Virus record (IMG/VR): IMGVR_UViG_3300014205_000002
Span: 96,001-160,000 of that record
Reading direction: 5' to 3' (one strand)
Source: a virus
Lineage: Duplodnaviria > Caudoviricetes
Length of the DNA: 64,000 nucleotides
Shown: positions 54,693 through 63,824 of the stretch, piece by piece
Layout of the letters: each line of letters starts with the position of its first letter
Numbering within the stretch: the first letter of the stretch is position 1
Made by a program: the position numbers and the translations under genes
Notes under the pieces: model-generated
The model's database searches: none
What the model was told of the DNA's origin: nothing
What the model saw: the letters and a program-made list of their open reading frames with translations, nothing else

Positions 54693-56294
54693 ATGCGCGA
54701 CGGACGAGCTTACCTGGCGTTCATCAGCGACTTCTGGACGAGCATCTGGACCGACGCCAAGGTGCTGTCGGCGGTGATCGGCGCGCAGCACGAGATCCTT
54801 TACCGCCTGTACCTCCAGGCGGTGCGAGCGGCGGTGCCGGACTTCATCGACCAACTCCCCTTGTACCGCGAGGACTTCTGGCATCTGATCCTTGTCGCCG
54901 AGTCGAGCCGGGTGACAGCGGGGCAGCCGACCTTCTTACTCCAGAGCGACTACCACCGCATTCCCTTCCTCTACGATCGCATGTTCGACCCGCTCGTGAG
55001 CATGCGCGAGGCCACTGACTACACGCTTGCGACCGACAACGGCGAGACGACCGTGACCTTCGCGATCGATCCGTTCGCGCCAGGTGTTCCGCGCTTCCCC
55101 GTGCGCGATCTCGGCGACGACCGGCAGATCGTCATGTTCGCGCCCAAGGTCTACGTCGATCGCGACGATCTCTTCGAGGCTTTCGGTCACTTCACCCGCA
55201 TCGTCCAGCCGACGAGCGAGCAGTACCGCCAGCTGGTGAAGGGCGTATTGTTCATCTACGCCCATGGCCCCGTGCTCCAGCCGCTGAACGCCGGGCTGAA
55301 CCTGGCGGCCGGCTACCCGGTCAGCCGGGATCACGACAAGGTCACGAGCATCAGCGTCGATGCGGGCTCCTACGTGATCGGCACGGCCAAGGGCCACGTC
55401 TACCGAGTGCCGGACGTGGCGACCCTTTCGGTGGCGATTGGCACGATCCTCAGGCCCATGTCGACGTTCATCCTCGACATCCGCGTCTTCGACCACATCT
55501 CCGATCCCGAGTGGTGGTCGGGCGGACCAGGGAATGTCGACCCGGCCAAACGAGTGGTGAACTTTCTGCCCGTCGACCTGGTGCCGGAACTCTCCGAGCC
55601 CCTGCGCGACGATGCGGCCGTGATCGACTACATGATGGACACCTACCTCAAGTTCAACCTGCTCGGGCTCTCGGTAAACACGCTGGCGCTCACGACCTTC
55701 AACGCGATCGAGGACTTCTTTCGTGTGCTCTACGAGGTGAAGCCGCACTACACCTCGCCCTACACCAACGCCTTCTTCAAGGTCTCCGAGAGTTGGGCGC
55801 TGCCCCAGGAGGCGATCGAGATCGTGGCGGCGATCGATCTAACCACGGGCCTGGCGCTCGACGACGTCGGACCCGGTGGGGCCGAGTACTGGACCTTTCC
55901 TGCTGACCTCAAGCTGAACGCCCGGCTCAGACTCGGGCCGAGGCACCGCGACATGCTCAGCCTGGAGCACACCGCCCATGACAACCCCCAGCTTGAGGCG
56001 GGCTTCGACCTGTCGCCGCGCAATGCGATCATGGGTGGCCCCGTCACGCTGAACAGCCTGCGTGTATTGGGAAACTACCCCGACGGCGGTGTGCGCGAGC
56101 GCATCACGATCGGCGTCGAGTTCGACACCGACGACACGGTCACGCTCGGCGACGATCGCGTGCAGCTCGTCATGCAGGTCGAGAACCGGCTGGGCGACGA
56201 GAGCTTTTACCTGGGCGACTCCGATTACTTCCTTGGCGAGAATTACGGGCTCGGCGTCGATCCCGTCGTCTTCGGCGACGCACTGCTGCCATGA
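54693..56294 (+). CDS. probable virion structural protein (baseplate-wedge-like)
   Basis: GAGGTG RBS; SEQYRQLVKGVLFIY..GP...LNL..G and VKP.Y motifs reminiscent of wedge proteins; function inferred. Confidence 0.55.
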   Translation: MRDGRAYLAFISDFWTSIWTDAKVLSAVIGAQHEILYRLYLQAVRAAVPDFIDQLPLYREDFWHLILVAESSRVTAGQPTFLLQSDYHRIPFLYDRMFDPLVSMREATDYTLATDNGETTVTFAIDPFAPGVPRFPVRDLGDDRQIVMFAPKVYVDRDDLFEAFGHFTRIVQPTSEQYRQLVKGVLFIYAHGPVLQPLNAGLNLAAGYPVSRDHDKVTSISVDAGSYVIGTAKGHVYRVPDVATLSVAIGTILRPMSTFILDIRVFDHISDPEWWSGGPGNVDPAKRVVNFLPVDLVPELSEPLRDDAAVIDYMMDTYLKFNLLGLSVNTLALTTFNAIEDFFRVLYEVKPHYTSPYTNAFFKVSESWALPQEAIEIVAAIDLTTGLALDDVGPGGAEYWTFPADLKLNARLRLGPRHRDMLSLEHTAHDNPQLEAGFDLSPRNAIMGGPVTLNSLRVLGNYPDGGVRERITIGVEFDTDDTVTLGDDRVQLVMQVENRLGDESFYLGDSDYFLGENYGLGVDPVVFGDALLP

Positions 56295-57025
56295 GTGCGC
56301 GCCCGTTGCCACGGCTGGAAGCCTCGCTTGGTGTTTTCCTTGCCGACTGCGGGGCCACGCTCGCCACGGACAAGGTCGCCGAGAACCGCTTCCATGCGGT
56401 CACGACCTCGCAGCTGCATGCGGTCAGCGCCCAGTCCGTCGAGACCCAGGAGCGCAATGCGAAGCAGATTGCAGAGATGGTGGGCATGATGCTGGCTCCG
56501 CCCGAGGCCCTGGATACAGCGTCGGGCCCCTACGTCGGGACTTTCAATTACAACAACATCGACCCCAAGGACTTCACGGTCTTCGACGGCCGCAAGACCG
56601 TCCGTTTCAAGGGCAAGTACACCGTCGGCGGGGCGGAGATGCATGTCGGCCGGGCGATCGCGAGTCGCGTAAAGGCCCTGATCGAGTACGCCTGGACCCA
56701 GAATATCAACCTCAAGATCAACGAGGCCGAGCGCACCTACGACACCCAGTTGCTCTACTGGAAGCGTTACCAGAACACGCTGGCGGCACGCGCGGGCAGG
56801 ACTCGCCCGTACCCCGGTCTCGGCGATGGCCCGATTGCCGCCCGTCCAGAGACAGGCAATCACCGCAAGGGCCTGGCCGTCGACTTTAACCTGCTCGGCA
56901 ATGGCTCAAACTGGCAGAAGACCTACCAGTGGCTGCATAAGAACGCGCCCCGCTTCGGCCTCTACAACACCTTTGAGCAGCGCGGCTTGTTCGACGCGCC
57001 TCACTGGTCTGCGAACGGATCCTAG
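56291..57025 (+). CDS. M15-family Zn peptidoglycan peptidase with shared N-terminal domain
   Basis: RT...Q, GNHRKGLAVD, WL.KNA.RFG, DAPHW. Confidence 0.88.
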   Translation: MSARPLPRLEASLGVFLADCGATLATDKVAENRFHAVTTSQLHAVSAQSVETQERNAKQIAEMVGMMLAPPEALDTASGPYVGTFNYNNIDPKDFTVFDGRKTVRFKGKYTVGGAEMHVGRAIASRVKALIEYAWTQNINLKINEAERTYDTQLLYWKRYQNTLAARAGRTRPYPGLGDGPIAARPETGNHRKGLAVDFNLLGNGSNWQKTYQWLHKNAPRFGLYNTFEQRGLFDAPHWSANGS

Positions 57026-57027
57026 CG

Positions 57028-57771
57028 ATGCCCGTTCCGCCGCACCCTGGCCTGGACTTGTTCCTCAAAGACTGCGGCGCATCACTGCCCGTCGACAAGG
57101 TGGCGGAGAATCGCCTGCATGCGGCGAGCACCCATATGCTGCGCGACGTCGGCGATGCGACGCGGGCGATTCAGGAGCGCAACGCCAGCCAGATCGCGGA
57201 GATGCTCGGATTGTTCATCTCGCCGGAGTTCGGAGCGGTCGGAGCTGGCCCCGAGTCGGTCACCGCCGTGAGCTTGGCCGAGTTCAAGCGCCGGATCGGC
57301 GGACACCCGCGGGCCTTCGTGCTGTTCCTGCTGCCGGCCGCCAGGCACATGGAGAAGCAGTTCGACATCCCCGCCATCGTGGCGCTGGGCCAGGCGGCCT
57401 GGGAGACGGGCTGGGGGGCACCCGCCGGCGTCAAGACCTACAACCTCTGGAACCTGCGCGCGGACGCGGCCTGGGTGAAGGAGGGTCGGCGCTACTACGA
57501 CACCGGCACCAACGGCAAGTTCCGCGACTACTCGAACTTCGTCGAGGCGATCATGGACTACGCCCGCAACATGACCCGCGGCGTCAACAACCCGACCGAG
57601 AAGGGTTACTACGTCAAGGCCGTGAACGCCTACCGCCGGCACCGCTCGCCCGAGCAGTTCGTCCGCGATATCTCTGAGATCTACGCGCCCGTCTCCGACG
57701 GCAACAACAACTACGCCGGCGGCGTGCTCGGACGGATGAAAGAGATCAGGGAGATCGTGCCAGGCCTATGA
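57028..57771 (+). CDS. GH73 glucosaminidase/FlgJ-like hydrolase with shared N-terminal domain
   Basis: LGQAAWETGWG, YNLWNL, KFRDY.NF.E.I.DY, IYA. Confidence 0.88.
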   Translation: MPVPPHPGLDLFLKDCGASLPVDKVAENRLHAASTHMLRDVGDATRAIQERNASQIAEMLGLFISPEFGAVGAGPESVTAVSLAEFKRRIGGHPRAFVLFLLPAARHMEKQFDIPAIVALGQAAWETGWGAPAGVKTYNLWNLRADAAWVKEGRRYYDTGTNGKFRDYSNFVEAIMDYARNMTRGVNNPTEKGYYVKAVNAYRRHRSPEQFVRDISEIYAPVSDGNNNYAGGVLGRMKEIREIVPGL

Positions 57772-58214
57772 GAATCGTCATCCATGGCAAGCCGCCGTCC
57801 GTGAACAGCCTCTACCGGCGCGATCCCCGCGATGGTCACCTCTACATCAACAAGCGCGGCCGCAACTACAAGAAGGTCGTCTCGGACATGTTCAAGGAAC
57901 TCGCGGTCAAGCTCCCCGTACATCTGCGCGGCATCCCCTTGAAGATCACCTACGTGTTCTACTTCCGCCAACTCTGGGATGGCAAGAGCCCGGTTCAGCG
58001 CGACGCCGACGGGCCGGTGAAGTGCGTACAGGACGCGGTCACCGAGGCGCTCAAGGTCAATGACGCCTGGATCTTCCGCGGCATCTTCGAGAAGCGCCGC
58101 GGGGACGAGCGGGCGGTGATATTCATCGAGCCCTATGTGGACGAGGGCGACGAGTTCTACATGGAGTCCTCGCCGAACGCCTCCTCCTCCTCTTCGTCTT
58201 CGGACGGAGCCTGA
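57768..58214 (+). CDS. rusA: RusA Holliday junction resolvase
   Basis: PPSVNSLY, RDADGPVK...D....NDAWI. Confidence 0.85.
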   Translation: MRIVIHGKPPSVNSLYRRDPRDGHLYINKRGRNYKKVVSDMFKELAVKLPVHLRGIPLKITYVFYFRQLWDGKSPVQRDADGPVKCVQDAVTEALKVNDAWIFRGIFEKRRGDERAVIFIEPYVDEGDEFYMESSPNASSSSSSSDGA

Positions 58215-58432
58215 CGCTTACGGCCTGGCCGGTTGGCCGTGATCTCATGGTAGAACGAGCTGTCGAGTCCGCAGACGATGCAGAACCGGAGCGGAAACTT
58301 CGGCACCCAGACGCCATCAGGCCCCTGGGTGCAGTCGCGAGCGTCGGCGGAACACAGGGTCTTGCAGCGCTCGCAGCGGTATTCGTAGACGAATTTAAGT
58401 CCCGGGGTTTGCCGGATCCTGCGGTTGCGCAT
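58157..58432 (-). CDS. small Zn-ribbon protein
   Basis: YEYRCERC...FCIVCG; GAAGGAG-like RBS. Confidence 0.7.
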   Translation of the reverse strand: MRNRRIRQTPGLKFVYEYRCERCKTLCSADARDCTQGPDGVWVPKFPLRFCIVCGLDSSFYHEITANRPGRKRQAPSEDEEEEEAFGEDSM

Positions 58433-58829
58433 CGCCCTCTTCTCGCCTCACGAAGTCCTTGCCGTTGAGCGCGAACCCGTCGATCCGCTGAACCTGCCGT
58501 AGAGCCGACGATGCGGCCGGCTTCGGTGCGGGTGCCGCGACGGGCGGCCGAGCCAGGCCCATCTGCTGCGCCACCTCCACCATGATCGCGAGACGCTCGG
58601 CGGTCTTCACGTCGGCGAGCGCGCAGGCCTCGTTGAGCTCGTCATGGCTGCGCATCATGAACTCGCCAGAGGTCAGATCGACCTGGATGTAGTAGAGGCT
58701 GTTGACCATCACCATACGCTGGCCGGGCAGCACATAGGTGTCGTAGCGCATGCCCGGCGTGAAGTGGTTGGGGCGGTGGTCGGCTACCTCAGACCCCACT
58801 GGTTCATCAATGGTTTCGGGTGACTGCAT
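58395..58829 (-). CDS. hypothetical protein
   Basis: TGATG overlap; MQSPETIDE... Confidence 0.7.
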   Translation of the reverse strand: MQSPETIDEPVGSEVADHRPNHFTPGMRYDTYVLPGQRMVMVNSLYYIQVDLTSGEFMMRSHDELNEACALADVKTAERLAIMVEVAQQMGLARPPVAAPAPKPAASSALRQVQRIDGFALNGKDFVRREEGDAQPQDPANPGT

Positions 58830-59392
58830 CAGGGGGCCTCGGGTGCTTCTAGCGCCCCAGGGACACTCTCTAGGTAGGGCGCGGTCACGGCGGCGATCTC
58901 CGCCAACAGGGAATGGCACGACTCGATCTGGGAGTGAGTGCGCGTGACCAGGCCTTCGTATTCGGCGATCGCCGCGTCCGTGCGACCGCGTAGTTCCCGC
59001 AGGGCAGCGCGCAACTCGCCGACCTGGGTGGCGTAGAGGACGATGCGTTCGATTTTGACGACCAGCAGTTCACTTTCACTGCTGTCGTCGCGGGCGTCCA
59101 GCAGCGCGGCTTCGGCCTCCATCATATTGCGCTCCAGTACCCGATGTTCCTCACAGAGTTTCCGGGCGCGCACGAGCGCATGGTGCTGGTGTGCGCTCAG
59201 TTCGTCCAGCACTTGCGTCTGGCTGGCTCCAGTGGTAGCGATCCGCATGACCTGCATGAGAAGCTTCGACATCATTCTTCTGACGCTAGCAGCCTCGGCG
59301 GGCTTCGGCAGAATGAAGACCATACCGTGCTCTTGGTGCTCGGAAATGGCGTTATCTGCTCGTTGGAAGGACGCGGGATCGGTGAGGGACAT
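58829..59392 (-). CDS. coiled-coil hypothetical protein
   Basis: AAGGAGG RBS. Confidence 0.75.
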   Translation of the reverse strand: MSLTDPASFQRADNAISEHQEHGMVFILPKPAEAASVRRMMSKLLMQVMRIATTGASQTQVLDELSAHQHHALVRARKLCEEHRVLERNMMEAEAALLDARDDSSESELLVVKIERIVLYATQVGELRAALRELRGRTDAAIAEYEGLVTRTHSQIESCHSLLAEIAAVTAPYLESVPGALEAPEAP

Positions 59393-59542
59393 CTACCTGA
59401 CCTCCTTTAAAGTGTCGCTGGGGTGAGGCCAACCTTTCACGCGCATTACGCGCTGCGGGGAGTAGGTTCCGTCCGTGAAACGCGTCGGCGACACGATGGC
59501 GTGTGGGCCGTACAGGCGAGCAGGATGAATGAATGGGGCCAT
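59393..59542 (-). CDS. 49-aa peptide missing from the ORF track
   Basis: AAGGAG RBS; fills the gap exactly from the thyX stop to the next ATG; MAPFIHPARLYGPHAIV...KEVR. Confidence 0.6.
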   Translation of the reverse strand: MAPFIHPARLYGPHAIVSPTRFTDGTYSPQRVMRVKGWPHPSDTLKEVR

Positions 59543-61033
59543 CTATTTGATCTCCTTGATGCGCTTCATAGCATCGGCATCGTCGATCGGACACACGCGC
59601 ATCCGCTCGACGAGACGGGGCCACCGCTCGCCCACGGCCTGGGCCATAAGCGTGGCGGCGATGCGGTAGTTCAGATGCCCGCCGGGCTTCGTCCGCAACT
59701 CCACGAGGCTGTAGAGCTCACGGAGGTTGCAGGCGAGGATGGCGCGCTTGTTGTAGCACATGGGCACGCAGTACTGCGCCACGAGCCGGCCGCACTGGGC
59801 CTCGATGTTCTCATAGAGCGCCTGGACCCCGAGCATGGCGTTCGCCCAGCGCTCGGTCAGATCGTAGCGGCCAGCGGCTTCCGGTAGATGGAAGCCGAGG
59901 TAGGGGTCGAGCGGCTGCTCGACGTGTAGGCACATGCGGTGACGCTGGAGGTCTCGCCAGGTACCGAAGTCCAGCGTGAGGTCGAAGGTGTGGGGGTAGA
60001 GTTCCAGCGCACGCGGTGCGCCGTCGCGCTCGCCACGGCTCTCAAAGATGGCGTTCCAGATCGCCGAGAATTGCGTCTCATTCAGGCGGGCAATTGCGAA
60101 CAGGAGGCGATTGTGGTCGACATTGACGTAGGGGTAGAGCGCCTGAGCGACGATGCGCTGCTCCGGCGGCCAGGCCCCGAGCAGCTCGACAGCAGGGCTG
60201 TCGGCGTGCTGGACCTGGCGTTCAAACGCGATCACGGAGGCGGCGATCGCAGCCATGGTCTCGCGGTAGGCCACCGGGTAGGTCTTGGGTGCGACGTACT
60301 TCACTAGCGTCGGCAGCTGTGACTGAAAAGTGGTCTTGAGACCCAAGCCGAGCGCGCGGGCCTCAGCAAGGTCGTGGCTGAGCAGCTTACTCACGCTGTG
60401 CTCGACGGTGCGCGCGTTGGCGACGTAGCCGACCATCGTCGTCGCCGAGGCCGGCAAGATGCCGCGAGCGACATCGAGGGCCTTGGCGCGCAGGTTCGCC
60501 GCATAGAGTGCCTCGCTCATGTCGGGCGATCGCGTAGCTTCGCCAGCGAAGGCCGCCATCAGGTCGTCCAGGGTCTCCTGGTAGAGCGCAAACAGGCCCA
60601 TGCAGTGGTCAATGTAGGCCTCGCGCAGGCCATGGAGCGTGTCGTCCAGTTCGTCTGGCACGATGAAGCTCGTGGGCCCCCAGGGCTGGTAGCGGGTCGA
60701 GGCCTCAACGTAGGAGCCGAGCCGGCCGTCTTCAAGCGCCTTGGCACAGAGCATGGAAATGTTCTCGACGCAGGCGTGACCGGTCGCCAGCTCCGCGACC
60801 GAGGCGTGCCCGTACCCCAGCACGTACTTGTCGTGGAAGGTCGAGGCCTTCTCCTTGGTTAGCAGGCCCGCGTTCTGGCGGAAGGGCAGCGGCGATCGCG
60901 AGGTCTTGGCGAGCGCGACCGCGACCTCCTCGGGTGTGAGCAGGGTGTCGCGCCCAGGAACCTCATGGAAGAGGTGATAGGCTTCCTGGGGCTTACGGGC
61001 GACCCGGTAGGCTTCATAGAGGGTCTTGGACAA
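59543..61033 (-). CDS. thyX: FAD-dependent thymidylate synthase, two-domain long form
   Basis: GYGHASVAE, EASTRY, LDVARGILP, RDLQRHR, ELRT..GGH..YR. Confidence 0.92.
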   Translation of the reverse strand: MSKTLYEAYRVARKPQEAYHLFHEVPGRDTLLTPEEVAVALAKTSRSPLPFRQNAGLLTKEKASTFHDKYVLGYGHASVAELATGHACVENISMLCAKALEDGRLGSYVEASTRYQPWGPTSFIVPDELDDTLHGLREAYIDHCMGLFALYQETLDDLMAAFAGEATRSPDMSEALYAANLRAKALDVARGILPASATTMVGYVANARTVEHSVSKLLSHDLAEARALGLGLKTTFQSQLPTLVKYVAPKTYPVAYRETMAAIAASVIAFERQVQHADSPAVELLGAWPPEQRIVAQALYPYVNVDHNRLLFAIARLNETQFSAIWNAIFESRGERDGAPRALELYPHTFDLTLDFGTWRDLQRHRMCLHVEQPLDPYLGFHLPEAAGRYDLTERWANAMLGVQALYENIEAQCGRLVAQYCVPMCYNKRAILACNLRELYSLVELRTKPGGHLNYRIAATLMAQAVGERWPRLVERMRVCPIDDADAMKRIKEIK

Positions 61034-61763
61034 CCTGTTTCTCCTTGGGGGCCTTGGGCGGCCGGGGGGACTTTGGTGGCTGTTTCATCGCCGAGTAGCG
61101 GGTCACGACCGGCACCGGCGGCCGGTAGACGACGAGCACGTTGGGGAAGGGGGCCGAGTCCGGCGCACCGCCGAAGAACAGTCGGCCCTTGATTAGGCGG
61201 ACCTCGTCGGCCTTGCCGTCGACCCAATCGTGAAACCAGCAGGAATCGGTGCGGGCGGGCACGAGGCAAACTACCGTGCAGCCTTGCAGGCTCTCCTCGT
61301 AGGCCTTGCGCATCCAGTCGGCGATGCCGGGCACATAGAACTCGTTGTGGTGGTCGCTCTCGCCGAAGGCGGCCTCGTAGGCGGCCATGAGGCCAGGTAC
61401 TTGCGCCAGTAGCTCATAGGCCTTCTTGACGCCCGGCAGGTTGGTGATGCGCATGGCGAGCCGACCCAGGCACTTCTTCTTCTTGCAGTTCTTCACGCAG
61501 GGCTGCTCGGCGTCCCCATACGGCGGATTCATATAAAAGACCTTCGCGGGGCGTCCGCACAGCAGCTTGATCTTGTGCCAGATCTTCATCAAGCCGTTGG
61601 TTTCGCGGGTGAAGTAGACGGGGCATTTGTGGTTCAGGTCGTCGGCGCAGACGTCGACCTCGAAGCCGAACTCCTCATGGAGCGCGCCATAGAACGCGTC
61701 GGGCGTCGACCAGTTATCGGTGCTGGACGAGAACATCGCCGCCTTGTCGGTGGCGTGCGCCAT
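61014..61763 (-). CDS. phage Dam-type DNA N6-adenine methyltransferase
   Basis: W.TP, DVCA, NPPYG, LVPARTD..WF, RLIKGRL.F, SAPFP. Confidence 0.92.
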   Translation of the reverse strand: MAHATDKAAMFSSSTDNWSTPDAFYGALHEEFGFEVDVCADDLNHKCPVYFTRETNGLMKIWHKIKLLCGRPAKVFYMNPPYGDAEQPCVKNCKKKKCLGRLAMRITNLPGVKKAYELLAQVPGLMAAYEAAFGESDHHNEFYVPGIADWMRKAYEESLQGCTVVCLVPARTDSCWFHDWVDGKADEVRLIKGRLFFGGAPDSAPFPNVLVVYRPPVPVVTRYSAMKQPPKSPRPPKAPKEKQVVQDPL

Positions 61764-62350
61764 CAGGCCCAGTCCTTCCCGTCGGCGGTGAGGTAGTTGC
61801 GGCGCGCCAGCTCCGTGATCACCTCGTGGGCGCGCGAGACGGGGTCATCGGCCTCAATGAAGATCGTCTGTTCATAGAGTCCGAAATGGTCGATCGCTTC
61901 ACACAGATGGTGATGGACCTCCTGAACGCCATGGAGGTGCCGGATACCGTTGTCCTCGGTGCCCTTGGAGTTGGGCGGCACCACGACGATCAGATCGTAC
62001 TTCTCGGCCTCGCGACGGGCGATCTTCGCGTAGTCCTCGTTCACCGAGGGGGCCTGGTACATGGCGTAGGCGAGGAAGTCGAGCACGCCGCGATCGGCGA
62101 TGAAGCGCTGGAGGTTCTGCTCGGCCTGAATCTGGGTGAACAGGGCATACCACTGAAAAGCCCCCATCTGCTCGGGCGGCACGGCGCTGGGCTTTTCATA
62201 GCCCATGGCCCGTGCGGCGGCACCCGGCCTCGACCAGGTGAGCAGATTGAGGTCGCCGTTGGCGGGCAGCCGGGCGTGCAGTTCTCGCGCGAGCGTGGTC
62301 TTGCCCCCGCCGGAGGAACCCGCGCATACGACGGATCGGAGTTTAGCCAA
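61763..62350 (-). CDS. AAA_28/NadR-like P-loop nucleotide kinase
   Basis: AGGAGG RBS with TTG; GSSGGGKTT, IADRGVLD..AY, YD, DNG.R. Confidence 0.82.
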   Translation of the reverse strand: MAKLRSVVCAGSSGGGKTTLARELHARLPANGDLNLLTWSRPGAAARAMGYEKPSAVPPEQMGAFQWYALFTQIQAEQNLQRFIADRGVLDFLAYAMYQAPSVNEDYAKIARREAEKYDLIVVVPPNSKGTEDNGIRHLHGVQEVHHHLCEAIDHFGLYEQTIFIEADDPVSRAHEVITELARRNYLTADGKDWA

Positions 62351-62870
62351 GGGGGGCCTCCTGTCTGGGGTGACTCGCGCCAGCGAGCAGAGCGGCGATG
62401 ATGGGCTCGGTCGCGAGCAGGCGTTCACGCAGGCCCGCGGGTGCGCGCCGGCGGATGCCGCGGTAGCGAACACAGGGGCCTTCGGGCCAGAGCGCGACGC
62501 CGCTCAGGCCGGCGTGCTGGATCGTGGCCTCTGACTCCTCGACTAGTTCGTGGAACCAGGTGCCGAGCCGGGCAACCTCTTCAATATAGAAGGCGTCACA
62601 GCCCGTCGGATGCGCGATAAAGACCTGTTGGTCGGACCGGAAGATGCAGTGCTGTTTCTCGACCATCTGGCGGGCCAGGTTGATCACGCGCTGGCGTGTC
62701 TCGTGCTCCAGGGGCGGCATACGCGAGCGCGACGAGACCTCAACTGCGGCGAACCCCTCTTCGAGCAGGTAGGCGCGGGTGGCCGAAGCCGCCGACGCGA
62801 GGGTGTGGTCGCTCTCGTTGAAGAAGCGCGAGAACTCGCCCATGTTCGTCTTGACGGCGACCTCAATCAC
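62343..62870 (-). CDS. hypothetical protein
   Basis: GTG start 62870; overlap coupling. Confidence 0.7.
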   Translation of the reverse strand: MIEVAVKTNMGEFSRFFNESDHTLASAASATRAYLLEEGFAAVEVSSRSRMPPLEHETRQRVINLARQMVEKQHCIFRSDQQVFIAHPTGCDAFYIEEVARLGTWFHELVEESEATIQHAGLSGVALWPEGPCVRYRGIRRRAPAGLRERLLATEPIIAALLAGASHPRQEAPLG

Positions 62871-63439
62871 CTCACGGCCTCGGGCGGCACGCCGAGCACG
62901 AAGTCCTGGCCCTCGACCAGGCCTGCCTGGGCGAGCTGGTCGCGGACGCTCACGCCGACGGGATCGATCCTGATCACCTCGCCGGCGGGGTCGTTACTGA
63001 CGCCGAAGGGCAGCACCAGCAGCAAGGGGCTGTCGGCGGGGAAGGTTTGCTCGATGTGGCTTGCGAGTCCCTCGACGAGAATGCGCACGCATGCGAGCTT
63101 GCCCGCGGTGTTGCGGACCATGTCCTGGGTGCGCACGTAGTTGTCGGCCTTCTCATAGGTCTCGAACACGAGGATCGCGAAGGCGTCCTTGTAGATGTCG
63201 GAGACATGGGAGAAGTCGAAGCCGAGCGGCATGCGAGACTCGGCGTCGAGCAGGATCCAGCCCTTGCCGAGTTCCTCGCGACTCATGCAACAGGCCTTGA
63301 ACTTCTTGCCGCTGCCGCAGCGGCAGGGCTTACGCAAGCCGAGGTCGACGGTCTTGCCTGACCACTCGGCGGCGATCGACGGCCGCTTTGCGTCGAGGAA
63401 CCAGGTGTTTTCGGGAGGTGCGGGGGGCGCGATCGTCAC
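62867..63439 (-). CDS. SEC-C motif protein
   Basis: GGAG RBS with GTG 63439; PCRCGSGKKFKACC. Confidence 0.8.
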   Translation of the reverse strand: MTIAPPAPPENTWFLDAKRPSIAAEWSGKTVDLGLRKPCRCGSGKKFKACCMSREELGKGWILLDAESRMPLGFDFSHVSDIYKDAFAILVFETYEKADNYVRTQDMVRNTAGKLACVRILVEGLASHIEQTFPADSPLLLVLPFGVSNDPAGEVIRIDPVGVSVRDQLAQAGLVEGQDFVLGVPPEAVR

Positions 63440-63449
63440 GGGGGATCTC

Positions 63450-63824
63450 CTATAAGGCCTGGGAGCTGGCGAACATATCCAGCTGACCCTTGATGTGCTT
63501 GGTGCGTCGAACACGGGGCTTGCGCGTGACCGTGCCGCGTTTGATGAAGCGTGAGCAGCGAACCCTGGCGACGGTTTCAGTGGTGCCGAAGAGGGTGCTC
63601 TGCTCGCTGCTTTCGACCGATAGCTCTTTGGGTGGCGCGGGCTTGCATGAGCCGAGGGAGGAAAGGATCTTGCAGCGCCGGGTCCGGCTGCCGCCCCGCT
63701 GCGTGTCGGCGTAGGTGTAGGTGCGGTCGAAGTGACAGGCCTGACAGGGTCCACACTTCTCCATCTGGGTGACGAGCTGGTTGATCGAGCAGTTCAGGGC
63801 CTTGGCGATCGCCGCGTGCGTCAT
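63450..63824 (-). CDS. small Cys-rich basic protein
   Basis: N-terminal HTH-like THAAIAKALNCS; CGPCQAC. Confidence 0.65.
   Translation of the reverse strand: MTHAAIAKALNCSINQLVTQMEKCGPCQACHFDRTYTYADTQRGGSRTRRCKILSSLGSCKPAPPKELSVESSEQSTLFGTTETVARVRCSRFIKRGTVTRKPRVRRTKHIKGQLDMFASSQAL

Noticed and set aside
61290-61520. Intein or intron in the Dam gene
   Set aside because: Too short, in frame, and lacks intein terminal motifs or a homing endonuclease
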